Assembly: GCA_050250895.1 (NCBI GenBank)
Contig: JBFWNU010000001.1
Coordinates: 3,379,557-3,443,556, forward strand
DNA from: Vulcanimicrobiota bacterium
GTDB taxonomy: Bacteria > Vulcanimicrobiota > Xenobia > Xenobiales > JADMJV01
Length of the DNA stretch: 64,000 nucleotides
Reading direction: 5' to 3'
Under the pieces are notes generated by a model. The model searched no databases and was not told the origin of the DNA. It saw only the letters and a list, made by a program, of their open reading frames with translations. A program made the translations under genes and the position numbers. Positions 10,039 to 21,235 of this stretch are shown here, in pieces; position 1 is the stretch's first letter, and the number at the start of each line of letters is the position of its first letter.

Positions 10039-10523
10039 GTCTGGCCCGGCAGGCGACAGCGCCGCACGATCTGGTGGCGCTCGATTTCGAAACCCAACGC
10101 CTTCTGGACTCGTAGGGCCGCCTGGTTGTTGGCCGAGATGGTGCCCACCAGGTACTTGAGCCCGCGCGCGGCCACCAATTGCGAGGCCTTTTCGATCAGA
10201 CGCTTGACGGTCATTCCCCCGCGAAATTCAGGCGTGACGGCAATGTCGACGATGAACCCCTGGCGCTCGCCGGTGGCCGGTTCGACGTGATTGAGTTGGA
10301 CCAGGATATAGCCCTTGAGGCGATGGTCTTTGGTGGTCTCCACCAGCAGCAGCGTGTTGCGGTCACGACCCAGTGTCTCTTCGAGGTCGGCCAGCGAATC
10401 GAGCATGGCCTGCTGCACCTGTTCGGGAGTCGCCTCGCGGGTTGTCGGCAGGCTGTGCAGGATCGATTCCACCGCCAGTGCGCGGATGGCCGCCAGGTCT
10501 TCTTTGCGAGCCAGGCGGATCAC
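10035..10523 (-). CDS. GNAT family N-acetyltransferase
   Basis: MIRLARKEDL start, IAVTPEFRGG, N..ALR..KALGF motifs. Confidence 0.85.
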   Translation of the reverse strand: MIRLARKEDLAAIRALAVESILHSLPTTREATPEQVQQAMLDSLADLEETLGRDRNTLLLVETTKDHRLKGYILVQLNHVEPATGERQGFIVDIAVTPEFRGGMTVKRLIEKASQLVAARGLKYLVGTISANNQAALRVQKALGFEIERHQIVRRCRLPGQT

Positions 10524-11707
10524 AGCTCGACCTCGAGTGCCCGCAAGCGGCGAAAGCCCACGCTGGGATAATGGCTGGGTCTGGTCGCCAGGCGGGCCGA
10601 AGGCCAGCGTCGCAAGACACCTTGCCAGGCTGCCCTGGCCTCCATACGGGCCAGAAAGGCTCCCAGGCAGAAATGGATACCGATGCCGAAAGCCAGATGG
10701 CGCGTGGCCGCCCGGTCGATATCGAAGCGATCCGGTTCGGCGAACTGGCTCGGGTCACGATTGGCCGCGCCGATGCAGAGATTCACGCACTGGCCGGCCC
10801 GCACTAGCTTGCCAGCCACCTCGACGTCCTCGGTGGCGTAACGGCTGGTGATCTGGCTGGGGCCGTCGTAGCGAAGCACCTCTTCGAGCACCGCCGCCAT
10901 GCGCTCGGGCTCGGCCACCAGCCGGGCCGTCTGCTCGGGGTGCTCGAGCAGGGCCAGCAGTCCGTTGCCGATCAGGTTGGTGGTCGTGTCGTGGCCGGCC
11001 GCGAACAGCAGGGTGGCCAGGCCCAGGATATCGTCATCTTGCAGGCCTTCGACAGCCAAAAGATCGCTGAGCAGATCGTCGGCCGGCTGGCTGCGCCGCT
11101 GGGCGATCAGCTCGGTGAAATAGGCCTCCATGGCAGCCAGGCTGGCGGCTCCCTGAACCACCACCTCGGGGGCGGGGCCGTCACTGCCCAGAAACGAGAC
11201 CAGATCGTGAGACCACCCTTCAAAGCTGGCCACCTCCTCGGGGGGAGCGCCCAGAATGTCGGCGATGGTCAAGACCGGCAGGGGAGAGGCCAGCACCGCC
11301 AGTAAATCGGCTTGCCCCGGCCCGACGGGATCGAGCAGATGATCGACCCGTGCGGCGACGATGCCTTCCATACGACTGAGGCTTTTGGGAGTGAACACTT
11401 TGGCCACCAGAGCGCGCAACTGGTCGTGGCGGGGTGGGTCCATGAAGAGCAACCACGAACTCAGGCGCCGCTCGACAGCCGAGAGATCGAGCCCCTCGAT
11501 CCCCAGCCGCTTGGTAAAGTCGCTGACCCGGCCAACCGAGAAACGGTCGTCTTTCTTCAGGCTGGCGATGTCGGCATAGCCGGTCAAGAACCAGGCCCCC
11601 CAGCTCTCGCTCCAGTGGACGGGGTCGAGTTTTCGCAGCAGATGATAGACCGGATAAGGATTGCGTTGCATCTGATCTCTGAATCTAGCCAGCAGGTCGG
11701 CGGACAC
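10520..11707 (-). CDS. Cytochrome P450
   Basis: AGHDTT I-helix, EEVLR (ExxR), heme motif FGIGIHFCLG, DPPRH. GTG start at 11707 is inferred. Confidence 0.95.
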   Translation of the reverse strand: MSADLLARFRDQMQRNPYPVYHLLRKLDPVHWSESWGAWFLTGYADIASLKKDDRFSVGRVSDFTKRLGIEGLDLSAVERRLSSWLLFMDPPRHDQLRALVAKVFTPKSLSRMEGIVAARVDHLLDPVGPGQADLLAVLASPLPVLTIADILGAPPEEVASFEGWSHDLVSFLGSDGPAPEVVVQGAASLAAMEAYFTELIAQRRSQPADDLLSDLLAVEGLQDDDILGLATLLFAAGHDTTTNLIGNGLLALLEHPEQTARLVAEPERMAAVLEEVLRYDGPSQITSRYATEDVEVAGKLVRAGQCVNLCIGAANRDPSQFAEPDRFDIDRAATRHLAFGIGIHFCLGAFLARMEARAAWQGVLRRWPSARLATRPSHYPSVGFRRLRALEVEL

Positions 11708-11743
11708 CCGGGGGTCTTCGTGGCTAAAAGTTGCTCGTCCTAT

Positions 11744-11782
11744 GTTACAAAAGCTTAAACATGTGGTCACAACCTGGCAATC
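11744..11782 (+). promoter_or_regulatory. 11-bp-phased direct-repeat motif
   Basis: GTTACA(11744), TTAAAC(11755), GTCACA(11766), GCAATC(11777) in the divergent P450/Gly-rich gene spacer. Confidence 0.4.
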
Positions 11783-11833
11783 TCTGGGAGCTACCCTGGT
11801 AATACAGATCTTTAGGCGGAGGTTCGTAAAGTC

Positions 11834-12262
11834 ATGGGTGGAGTACGTGCAAAACAATCAGCCAGCGTAGAGTTTCATGCCAGTTGCAGCGTGGGCGGTG
11901 GATGTAACGATTTCCGGAACACCAATTGCGGTGGCGCCCACCACTCCCACGAGGGTGGTCACTGTCACGAAGGCGGGCGCAATCACGGCTGTCAAGAGAA
12001 TCGTGGTTGTCACGAGAACCGCGGCTGTGGCGAACAGCGCGGGTGCGGCCAGAGTAATGGCCTCTGCTCCGGGGGCGGTCTTGGTCAGGGTGGCGAGATC
12101 GGCAACCTGGTGAACCAACTGCTGGGCGCGATCAACCAGATGACCGGCGGGGCTCTGGGTAACCTCGGCGGCCAGGGCGGCTTCGGCCAAGGGCACGGCG
12201 GCGGCTGCGGTTGCGGCGGCGGCGGCCCGTTCGGGTTTGCCGGCAACAACATCTTGTTCTAA
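11834..12262 (+). CDS. Gly/Cys/His-rich low-complexity protein
   Basis: GGAGG RBS upstream, 6-aa repeats GC[QHG]E[NQ]R, and a terminator downstream. Confidence 0.7.
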   Translation: MGGVRAKQSASVEFHASCSVGGGCNDFRNTNCGGAHHSHEGGHCHEGGRNHGCQENRGCHENRGCGEQRGCGQSNGLCSGGGLGQGGEIGNLVNQLLGAINQMTGGALGNLGGQGGFGQGHGGGCGCGGGGPFGFAGNNILF

Positions 12263-12274
12263 CCATTCAAGAAC

Positions 12275-12314
12275 AAAGCAAAGAAGCCCCGAGTCCCTCG
12301 GGGCTTTTTGCTTT
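12275..12314. terminator. Bidirectional intrinsic terminator
   Basis: AAAGCAAAGAAGCCCCGAG-TCC-CTCGGGGCTTTTTGCTTT between convergent genes. Confidence 0.85.
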
Positions 12315-13653
12315 AGCCGATACGGCGCATCAGGTCGGCGGCCGGGGTAAAGACGGCTCGGGCCTTGTCGAGGGCAAAGCGGTCCTGGCTGTCGAGCAAG
12401 CCTTGCATCACCTCGAGACCCTCGTCGATTCGTTCCAGCAGTTGAGCATGCAGAGCCTGTTGTTCGGCGTTCATGCGAGCCGGCGGGGTGGTGTGGTGCT
12501 TTTCGGCCAGCGACTCGAGGATGCCGAGGCCGGCTTCCATCTCTTCCCGCGTGGCCCGACCGGCACAGTAGGCGTCGCCCAGGCTGAGCAAGCTCTCGAA
12601 AGCCAGCGGTAACGCGCCCTCGCGTTCGCTAGCAGTTAGACCGTCGCTCGAGACCAGGTCCACCTCTTCGCCACCCTCCTCCGAAACGGCCGTCAAGAAC
12701 ATGGCCAGATTGTGGCCGGCTGCCTCGAGGAAGGGCCACTCGGGCTCAAGAGCGGCGGGGGTCTCGCCCAGCTCGCCCAGACGGTCGAGGATCTCGCAGA
12801 CCTGATCGACAGCGTCGGTGAGAATCAGCTCTTTATAGACCGAATCGATTTTCTCGCGCAGGCCTCGGCGACACTGCTCGAGCGAACGTCGAAAGTCGTC
12901 GGCGCTGGCTTTACCGTCGGCCAGGCGCCGGCCGGTAGAAAAGACCAGATTGACCCAGGCCACCTCGGTGGGGCCGCCCTGGCCCAGCTCGCGCTCGAGC
13001 TGCATGCCCAGCTCGGCAACGAGAGTGTCGGATAGGCGCATCGTCTCTTCGCGAAAGACGCTGGCAAACTCGGCCCGGTCCCCGCCGCTCTCGCCCTTCT
13101 TGAGCCCGTCGGCCCACAGGCGACACTCTTCGGCCACGTCGTCGAGAGCGCGCTCCACCACCGCTCGTGATTCGGGGGTTTCGATCCGCTCGAGGGCGCC
13201 GGTCAGGCCCGTGCGAAAGGCCGGATACTCCTCGAGCAGAGCGATGGTGTGGCGAGAATGGCCCTGGCCGGCCGCAAAGGCCTCGAGGTGCGTCAGCAGA
13301 CGATTTAGATAGGGCAACAGGGCTGGGCCCTGGTTGAAACGGTCGGCGTGCTGCTGGCGCGAGGCGCGGATCTGCTCGCGACATTGCAGCGCGCGCTGAG
13401 CCAACGGTTCGAGCTGCTGCTCGTCAGCCCGGCTCAGTTCGTCGACGGCGGCTCGATAGTCGTCGAGGGCTTCTTCGAGGGCGACGCACTGCTGGGCGGT
13501 CAGCTCGGGATTATCCTCTGACTCAGCGGCGAACTGGGTGCAGGCCTGCTCGAGTTGGGGGGCCAGCTGAGCGGCCAGCTCGTGGACCCTGGCCAGATCC
13601 TTGCTCTGGGCGGCGCTGAAAAGGTCGTCGATGGTGATCACTGGTGAAGTCAT
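12313..13653 (-). CDS. Hypothetical all-helical acidic protein
   Basis: 446-aa ORF ending at the terminator; no recognised motif. Confidence 0.7.
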   Translation of the reverse strand: MTSPVITIDDLFSAAQSKDLARVHELAAQLAPQLEQACTQFAAESEDNPELTAQQCVALEEALDDYRAAVDELSRADEQQLEPLAQRALQCREQIRASRQQHADRFNQGPALLPYLNRLLTHLEAFAAGQGHSRHTIALLEEYPAFRTGLTGALERIETPESRAVVERALDDVAEECRLWADGLKKGESGGDRAEFASVFREETMRLSDTLVAELGMQLERELGQGGPTEVAWVNLVFSTGRRLADGKASADDFRRSLEQCRRGLREKIDSVYKELILTDAVDQVCEILDRLGELGETPAALEPEWPFLEAAGHNLAMFLTAVSEEGGEEVDLVSSDGLTASEREGALPLAFESLLSLGDAYCAGRATREEMEAGLGILESLAEKHHTTPPARMNAEQQALHAQLLERIDEGLEVMQGLLDSQDRFALDKARAVFTPAADLMRRIG

Positions 13654-13722
13654 GGCGGAGATTTCTCCGAGGTCGGGACCAATCCTACGAGGCTCCCGGC
13701 TCTGGTGGGCGAAGCTCTAAAA

Positions 13723-14529
13723 ATGCGCCGGCTGGTCATCTTCGTTTTGCTGTTGTCACAGCTCGGCTGGGCCGACGATGTGGCCAGCCTGGTCACCGAC
13801 ATGCGGGGGATCGCGCGCGACCTGATCGGGCAGGGGGCGGCGCGCCAGGAATACGAGGAATTCGTCAAGCGCCATCAACTCAAGGCTCTCTCCTATCCGA
13901 CCTACATCAAGAACAAGCTGGCCTTCGAGGCCACCCGCGACGCCGGCCTGTGGCACATCGGTTATCGCATCACCGACGAAGAGCCCAACTCCGACCAGAT
14001 TTGGAGGCAGTGGCGCCAGCTGTCGCGAGTGGGTAGGGGTCAGGTCACGGCTCAAGCCGAGTGCGACGAACTCTCGGCCCTCTATGCCTTTCTGGCTCGT
14101 AAGTTGGGGGTCAACGGGGTAGGGTTGTTCTGGCCCACCTCAAACCACACCGTGGCCGTTTGGCAACTTACCGACTCGCAGGGCAGTCCGGTGCGAGTGG
14201 TGGTTCCGACGACGCCAATTTTCCTGGGTCGCCATGACGGCTTTGACGCCCGCGGCTTTGATCCGTGGAAGCAAGAGGTGATTTACGAGTATGGGCGAGG
14301 CGATGCCCCCGATGACTTTCCCCTGGCGCCCGGTCTGACTCGCTTCTTCCTGCAGCAGTTGCGCGACTACGGAGGCGCCTCGCAAAAGCTTCTGCACGAA
14401 CTGCGCTACCTGCGTCAAGAAGCGTGGCTGGGCAAGCGTTCTGAGTCAAAGCTCTCGGCCCTGGAACGGCACTTCACCTCGTCCCCCGACCAGCGCGCCA
14501 TCGCAGCCTTCAGGCGCAGCTTCCCCTGA
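13723..14529 (+). CDS. Secreted hypothetical protein, possibly transglutaminase-like
   Basis: Signal peptide MRRLVIFVLLLSQLGWA; Cys/His pattern AECDELSAL...NHTVAVW. Confidence 0.65.
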   Translation: MRRLVIFVLLLSQLGWADDVASLVTDMRGIARDLIGQGAARQEYEEFVKRHQLKALSYPTYIKNKLAFEATRDAGLWHIGYRITDEEPNSDQIWRQWRQLSRVGRGQVTAQAECDELSALYAFLARKLGVNGVGLFWPTSNHTVAVWQLTDSQGSPVRVVVPTTPIFLGRHDGFDARGFDPWKQEVIYEYGRGDAPDDFPLAPGLTRFFLQQLRDYGGASQKLLHELRYLRQEAWLGKRSESKLSALERHFTSSPDQRAIAAFRRSFP

Positions 14530-14563
14530 AGGCTCCGGCCCCGAGCATGAGGAATGGAGCGCC

Positions 14564-17500
14564 ATGCGTTCCCAGGCTCCCCGGATACCGGGGGTGGAGC
14601 TGCTCGATGAGTTAGGGGCGGGGGCTCGCAACCTGGTCTTTCGCGGGCGCCGCCGCGGCCGGGAGGCGGCCATCAAGCTTCCCCGGCGACGCCATGAGCC
14701 CGAGCAGACCTACGAGGAGTATCGCCGCGAGGCCGGCCTTCAGGCCCGCGTGCGAGGGGCCGGTCTGCCCGAGGTTTACGAGGTGGGACGCAGCGGGGCC
14801 ACTCCATTCCTGGTGAGCGAGTTTGTCGAGGGCGTCTCCCTGGCGGAAAAGCTCAAGAGTGGTCCGCTCTCTAGCGAGCAAGTGCGGCGCCTGGCGATGG
14901 AATTGGCCCAAACCCTGGGGGTTGTCCACGAGCGCGGGCTGGTCCATCGCGACGTCAAGCCCTCCAACGTCATGTTGACCCCTGAGGGTCGGGCCCGCCT
15001 GATCGATTTTGGATTGGCCAGCCGCTCCTATTTGCAAGAGCACGGCACTCTCACCGGTACTTTCCTCTACGCCGCCCCCGAGCAGACCGGCATGCTCTGC
15101 CGGGCCGTCGATGGCCGAGCCGATCTCTACTCCTTGGGAGCCTTGCTCTTCGAATGTCTTACCGGGGCACCGCCCTTCAAGGCCAACGATGCGGCCGAAC
15201 TCATCCGGCTGCACGCGGTAGCGCCGGTGCCGCCTTTGAGCAGTCTTTGTGCGGCCCCGGCCGACCTGGTGACCATCGTCGAGAAGCTGCTGGCCAAAGA
15301 TCCCGACGATCGGTTCGAGAACGCCTGGAAGTTGCTGAACTCGCTGGGGGTGCTGGCCGAGGTACCCATCGAGAGTGTCTTTCTGGGCAGAGATCAAGAG
15401 CTCGCTCGGCTCGAAAAGGAGTGGGGTCGCGCCCTGGAGGGTCGAGGCCGGATGGGCGTGATCGCTGGCGAGTCAGGTTGCGGCAAAACGATGTTGGTCG
15501 AGACCTTCGCGCGTGGATGCAGCCGCCACCTGGTGCTGCGGGGCAAGTGCGATCCCACCCGTACCAACCCGTTTGCTCTCTTGCTCGAACTCTTTTCGGA
15601 TCTGCCCCAGACACCCGAAGTGGCCCGGGCCGCGGGCGAGAGCGCGCGACTGCTGGCCGGCTTCTCGCCGCGGTTGGCCTGGCTCGAGCCCGACGGCCAG
15701 GCCCCTGGCGAAGTGGACCCGGCCCAGTATTATCAGGTGTTGACCGATTTTTGGCTAGCCCTGGCCCGCCAGCCTCTGCTGGTGGTGATCGACGATCTCC
15801 AGTGGCTGGACCCGTCGAGCGCGCAGATCCTCAAGCGGGTGATGGAAAGCCTGGCTCGCACTCGCTGCCTGCTGCTGGCTACCCACCGCAACCCGGAGTC
15901 GAGCGAATTCGAGAATCTCGTCCTCTGTCGCCTGGCTCCTTTGACGGCGAGCCAGACCGAGCAACTGGTGACCGAATTGCTCGGGGCGCCACCTGAAGCA
16001 AATCTGATCGAGCAGGTCATTTTGGCCGCCGGTGGCAACCCGCTGGCCACCGTGGCTACAGTCGAGGCCGCGCTCGACGCGGGCGTTTTCGTGCCGCATT
16101 GGGGCGGCTGGCGAGTCGAGAGCGAGGGACTGACAGCGCTGGAGCTGTCGGGCGACGTGATGGAGTTGGTCCTGCGCCGGCTCGACCACCTTGCTCCCGA
16201 GCAGCGTCGGGTGCTCGAGGCGGCCGCGGTTTTGGGCCTGCGCTTCGAGTCCGGACTGTTGCGAGAAGTCACCCGTTGTGCCGAAGAAGAGCTGTACACC
16301 GTGCTGGCCGAGGCCTGTCGATTGAGGCTGCTAGAAGCGCATCCGGGTGGAATTTATCGGTTCGTGCATGATCGCGTTCGCGAGGCTCTATCTGGCCTCG
16401 ACGAGGAGCTTCGACGAGAGCTTCACCTACGGGCGGCGCGAGCGCTGGCCGACCAGCCCGCCAATCTTTTCGCCCGGGCCGAACACTACTGGTCGGCCAC
16501 CGCCGGGCAGCCAGACGCGGCCACCGCCCAGGCGTGCGAGCAGGCCGCGAGTCTGGCCCTGGAGCGAGCCGCAGCCGACGAAGCCTATCTGTTTTTTACG
16601 CGCGCCGAGAGCAGCCGTCCCCCGGGCATCGAGGTAACGGCCGCCTATCAGCAGTCCTTTGGCGAAGCTTGCTAACGGTCGGGTCACTTTCAGGAGGGGA
16701 TGCGACGCCTGAGCGCGGCCCTGGAAAAATCCCAGGACCCCCTCTCTCGAGCCGAGACCCACCGCCAGCTGGCCCTGCTCAACGTCACCTTTGGCGACAG
16801 CACTCGAGCCGTGGCTCATCTGCGCTCGGCCTTTGCCGAGCTGGGTATTCGCAAGGCCGCCAGTCCCTTCGGGCGAGCCCTTTCTTCGGTTGGTCATCTG
16901 CTCGGCTTCGGGGCGAACCGGGTGCCGGCCGAAGCGGGCATTCGCCTGGCCGTGGTGGCTTGCCGGGCTTGCCTGGCCGAAGGCCATGTGGGGGAGGCGA
17001 TCGAGGCCCTGGCGGTGGGCACGAAACTAGCTCGTCGCGTCGAGCTTTGCCCCTCGCTGGTGCTGCTCACCAGCATGCAGGCCGTGGCTCTGGCCGGGGG
17101 CGGCTGGTTGGGTGCCGCCGAGCGGCGCCAGGCTCAGGCCGAGCGAATGGCCGAGCAATTGGGCGACCCCAGTGTGCAGGCGCAGCTGGGGCTGACCCGC
17201 ACTTTCTACCTCCGCACCCGCGGCGATGAAGTCGCGGCCGCCGCCAACAGCGAAGAGTGTCTGTTGGAACGAGGGGCCTGGCTGGCCACCCCCGACTATC
17301 TCTTGATGTGCGGCGATCTGGCCCACAACCTGCACTTTCGCGGCTTGCCCGGACCCTCGCGCGACTGGTTGGATTTCAGCGTGAAGAGAGCTCGCCACGA
17401 GAACTATCCTTTCACCGTCATCGGCCCCATCGCGCCCACCATGGCCATGCTCGGGCGTCCGGCCGAGGCCCGCGACCAGCTCGAGCGGAACAACCCGCCC

Positions 17501-19510
17501 GCCGATGCTTCTCCGTTGCGTTTGGCCACCCATCTCGAGGCGAGATTGCACCTGCTGTTGGAGAGCGGTGAACTCGGCCAGGAAGCCGACCGCATCATCG
17601 AAGAGTTCGATAACCTGGGGCTCTACATCCAGACCGCCCCCATCCAGGTGCGAGCCTTCTTCATTCTGGAAGGGTATGCTAGGCTGCGGCAGAGCGAGGC
17701 GGGTCCGATTCGCCATCAAGAACTCAAGAAGGCCTTGGGCCGGCTGGCGCGGGATCGCAAATTGCCTCTCTTCCGGGCCAGTCATGACGCGATCGAGGCG
17801 GGTTATGAGCGTCTCTGCGGCCGGCTTGGGCGAGCCGAGCGGCTGCTGATCAAAGCTGACGAGCTGGCCCGGCGCCACGACAACCTGGTGGTGCGCGTCG
17901 AAGTGGCCCGTCAGCGCGCCTGGATTCTTCAAGCTCGAGGCCACCAGCAAGCCGCCTGGCGAGAGGCCCGTCTGGCCGCTTCGATGGCCGCCGAGGTCGG
18001 TTGGCTGTCGGCGGCCCAGACGCTCGAGCGACAGTTCGGATTAGAACGCCGTTCTGCAAGCTTCGACAGCTCCGGCTCGGGGTCGTCCCAGAGTGCCATG
18101 ACCCTCCGGCTGCAACGCCATCTGGAGGCTTTGCTCGAGGTGACCTCGGCGGCTCATCAAACCTTCGATCCGGTGGCGCTCGGGCAGCTGATGCTCAAAG
18201 AGTTGCTGCGCCTGTTCGGAGCCGAGCGGGCCTATCTTTTTCTCGACGAACGGGGCCAGTTGACGTTTCAGGCCGGTCTTTCCTCGGCGGGGCAAACCTT
18301 GGAGGCCGGCGGTGACTACAGCCGCACCGTCATCGAGCGGGTGGCCCGCACCGGCGAGCCGCTGCTGCTGAGCGGCACCGACGAGGGCGAAGTGCTGGGC
18401 TCGGCCAGCGTAGTGGCCCACGACCTGCGCAGCATTGTGGCCGTGCCCCTGGCTTTGCGCGATCGTTCGCTGGGTGTGGTCTATCTTGATAGCCGCCTGG
18501 CTCGGGGCGTGTTCGGGCCCGATGACGTCAGCATCTTGCAGGCCCTGGCCTATCAGGTGGCCGTCACTCTCGAGATGGCCCGATCGGCCAGCCTGGAAGT
18601 GCAGGTGCGGGCCGAGCGCGAGCAACGTCGCCTGGCCGAGCAGTTGAGCGAGTTCATCGGCACCATCCTTCCGCTTTTGGAGCAAGAGGCAATCCTCGCT
18701 TGCACTCTGGATCTGCTCGAATCGCTCACCGGCTATGAGTCGGCCTATGTGATGTTGGCAACGGCCGGCCAGTTCGAGGCGGGACCGGTTCGCGGCCAGC
18801 CTGTCTCGAGCCTCGAGGGCGCACCTCTCGAGTTGGTGGGCGAGGGTGTCTCGCTTTTCTCTGCCTGGCTCAAAGGCGGTCGTAGCCGCCTGGGAATGGT
18901 GGTGCTCGAGCGGGCCAGTGACCGCCCCTTCACTCGGCGGGAACAAGAGTTGACCCTGGCCTGTTTGGGCTACGCCGGCATGGCCATCGAGAACGCCAGG
19001 CTGTTCGCCGACGTCGAACGGCTGGCCACCACCGACGAGTTGACCGGGGCCAACAATCGGCGCCACTTTTTCGCTCGAGCCGAAGAGGAGTTCCGGCGCG
19101 CCGACCGATTGGGCCATAGCCTCTGTCTGGCTCTGTTCGACATCGACCACTTCAAGAAGTTCAACGATACCTACGGCCACGCGGTGGGCGACCTGGTCTT
19201 GAGCACCACCTCGAAGCGCTGCCAGGCTTGTTTGCGTAGCATCGACATCATGGGTCGGTATGGTGGTGAGGAGTTCGCCGTGGTATTGGTGGGCACCGGG
19301 CTAGACGACGCCGTGGCCACGGCCGACCGCTTGCGCAGAGCGGTTGGCGACGAACCGTTCGACACTCCTCACGGCCCGTTACAGGTGAGCATCAGCCTGG
19401 GCGTGGCTCTACGCGGCTCGGATGAGGCCGTGGAGACGGTGCTGGAACGAGCCGACCAGGCCCTCTATCGGGCTAAGGATGCGGGGCGGAATCGCGTCGA
19501 GCGCGGCTAG
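14564..19510 (+). pseudogene. Ser/Thr kinase-AAA ATPase-TPR-GAF-GGDEF protein split by an in-frame TAA at 16673-16675
   Basis: Kinase HRDVKPSN/DFG/APE, Walker A GESGCGKT, DDLQW, GAF and GRYGGEEF. ORFs 14564-16675 and 16700-19510 share one frame, separated only by TAA plus 8 sense codons. Confidence 0.8.
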
Positions 19511-20294
19511 CCGACCACTGGTCGATCATCACCAGCGTGGCCAGCCAGGCCATGCCCGTGGCCCAGCCGGCGGCCACATCCGAAGGGTAGTGAACCCCCA
19601 GCACCAGACGGCTGGTTCCCACAAAACAACCCACGCTCACCAGAACGGTCGACAGAGCCATCCAGCGCTCGCGAAGACGGCTGCGTAGCAGGTAGGCCAG
19701 CAGCCCATAGATGAGAATCGAGGCCGCCGCATGCCCGCTGGGAAAACTGAAGTTCGACTCGGTCAGCAGGGGCTGATCGAATTGGGGTCGCTCGCGCTGA
19801 TAGATCATCTTGAGCACCTGCACCAACAGGCCGTTGCCGAGCAGTCCGACCACCCACAGGGTCAGGGCCCGTTTGTGCTTGGTAAACAGGAAGAACAAAC
19901 CCACCCCGAAGCCCAGCAGATAGCTCATCTCGCGTCCCGCCAGGAAGGTTACCACCCGAAAAAAGTGGACCTCGAAGGGGCTGGCCTGGTGATGAGCCGC
20001 GTGTACGAAGGCCAGATCCCAATCGTCCACCCACTCACCCTCGGTGACCCAGTCGGCCAGGTGTAGAAAGGCCGAACTGGCCAGAAACAGACCCAGCAGA
20101 GCCAGGCCCGAAGCGGTTAACAGGCGTTTCAAGACAGGCTGCAGTACTTTTGGAGCCTGCCAACTCTCCAGGCGGGGCCAGATGCTGGTCAGCAGGCGAT
20201 AGGCCGAGAAAATGACCAGAAGCAGCATCAGGGTCATCAGCAGAGCGGTCTCGAAAGGGTGCCCCCCCAGCAGTTTGGCTAGATCCTCTATCAT
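19473..20294 (-). CDS. PAP2 family membrane phosphatase
   Basis: K....RERP, SFPSGH and SRLVLGVHYPSDV motifs. Confidence 0.92.
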   Translation of the reverse strand: MIEDLAKLLGGHPFETALLMTLMLLLVIFSAYRLLTSIWPRLESWQAPKVLQPVLKRLLTASGLALLGLFLASSAFLHLADWVTEGEWVDDWDLAFVHAAHHQASPFEVHFFRVVTFLAGREMSYLLGFGVGLFFLFTKHKRALTLWVVGLLGNGLLVQVLKMIYQRERPQFDQPLLTESNFSFPSGHAAASILIYGLLAYLLRSRLRERWMALSTVLVSVGCFVGTSRLVLGVHYPSDVAAGWATGMAWLATLVMIDQWSASRARRDSAPHP

Positions 20295-21235
20295 GCGGCG
20301 CGTGCCTGTTCCTGTTGAGGCTCCGCTTGGCGAACTCCCTGCCACAGGGTGTGATAGATGATCAGCCCATAGACAGCCGGGAGGATGACGTCGACCACTC
20401 GAAAGACGGCCGTGGCCACGGCAGCCTGGTTGAGAGACAAGGAGGTCTTTTGAGCCATGAAGGCGACCATCCCGGCCTCGGTCACGCCAGCCCCGGCCGG
20501 CAGAGGAGAAAGCCGTCCCAGCAGGGTGGGAATCACGAAGGCCGCGGCCAGCGGCCACGGCTCGAAGGGCAAGTCGAGCGCGTAGACCACCAGAAATAGG
20601 TTACCCACGCTGGTCAGGTTGGCGAGCGTGGTCCAGAAAAGGGACCAGCCCAGCACTCTACGGTCCCACAGCAGGGCCATGGCTTCGAAGAAGTTGTTGC
20701 AGCGATCCTCGGGCAGGACCTTGCGCAGGCCACCTTTGATCCAGGCTCGACTCTTCTCGATGGCCAGCACGGTGATGAGGGCGAGCAACAGCAGGCTCAA
20801 GACCACCGCCGGGATGCGAAGCTGGGGATACCAGTAGCAGAGCACGATTCCGGTCACCAACAAAAAGAACTGGTCGAGCCCGCTGTTGGCCAGTACGGGG
20901 CCAGCGGTTTTCTCGACCGGCACGCCCAGCTGGCTCATGGTGGCCGCGCGAAAAGCCACCCCACCGGGCAGCAGGCTGGCGGCCTGGCTGCCGGCATAAC
21001 CCCACAACACCGAACGCCTGTCGACTTCGGTGACGGCCTCCATCAGGATGCAGAACCGGGCCGCCTTGGCCAACAGATAGACGGCCGATAGGAAGACCAT
21101 CAAGCCCAGGCTAGACCAGCTGAAGTGCTGCCAGGCCGAGCGCATCGCCTGGGCGTCGAGATACTTGAACCCGGCCACGAAGACACCCACCAGGGTCAAC
21201 ACCGATAGAACGCGATTGAGGGTAGTGGTGTTCAT
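20291..21235 (-). CDS. Lysylphosphatidylglycerol synthase TM / UPF0104 flippase-like protein
   Basis: Polytopic; PLPAGAGVTEA and AVFRVV motifs; translationally coupled to both neighbours. Confidence 0.8.
   Translation of the reverse strand: MNTTTLNRVLSVLTLVGVFVAGFKYLDAQAMRSAWQHFSWSSLGLMVFLSAVYLLAKAARFCILMEAVTEVDRRSVLWGYAGSQAASLLPGGVAFRAATMSQLGVPVEKTAGPVLANSGLDQFFLLVTGIVLCYWYPQLRIPAVVLSLLLLALITVLAIEKSRAWIKGGLRKVLPEDRCNNFFEAMALLWDRRVLGWSLFWTTLANLTSVGNLFLVVYALDLPFEPWPLAAAFVIPTLLGRLSPLPAGAGVTEAGMVAFMAQKTSLSLNQAAVATAVFRVVDVILPAVYGLIIYHTLWQGVRQAEPQQEQARAA

Noticed and set aside
13723-14529. The missing lasso B2 protease
   Set aside because: It has a Cys/His pattern but carries a signal peptide and lies over 10 kb from the cluster.
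16673-16675. Alternative genetic code or programmed readthrough
   Set aside because: TAA, TAG and TGA all terminate well-defined genes elsewhere in the window.
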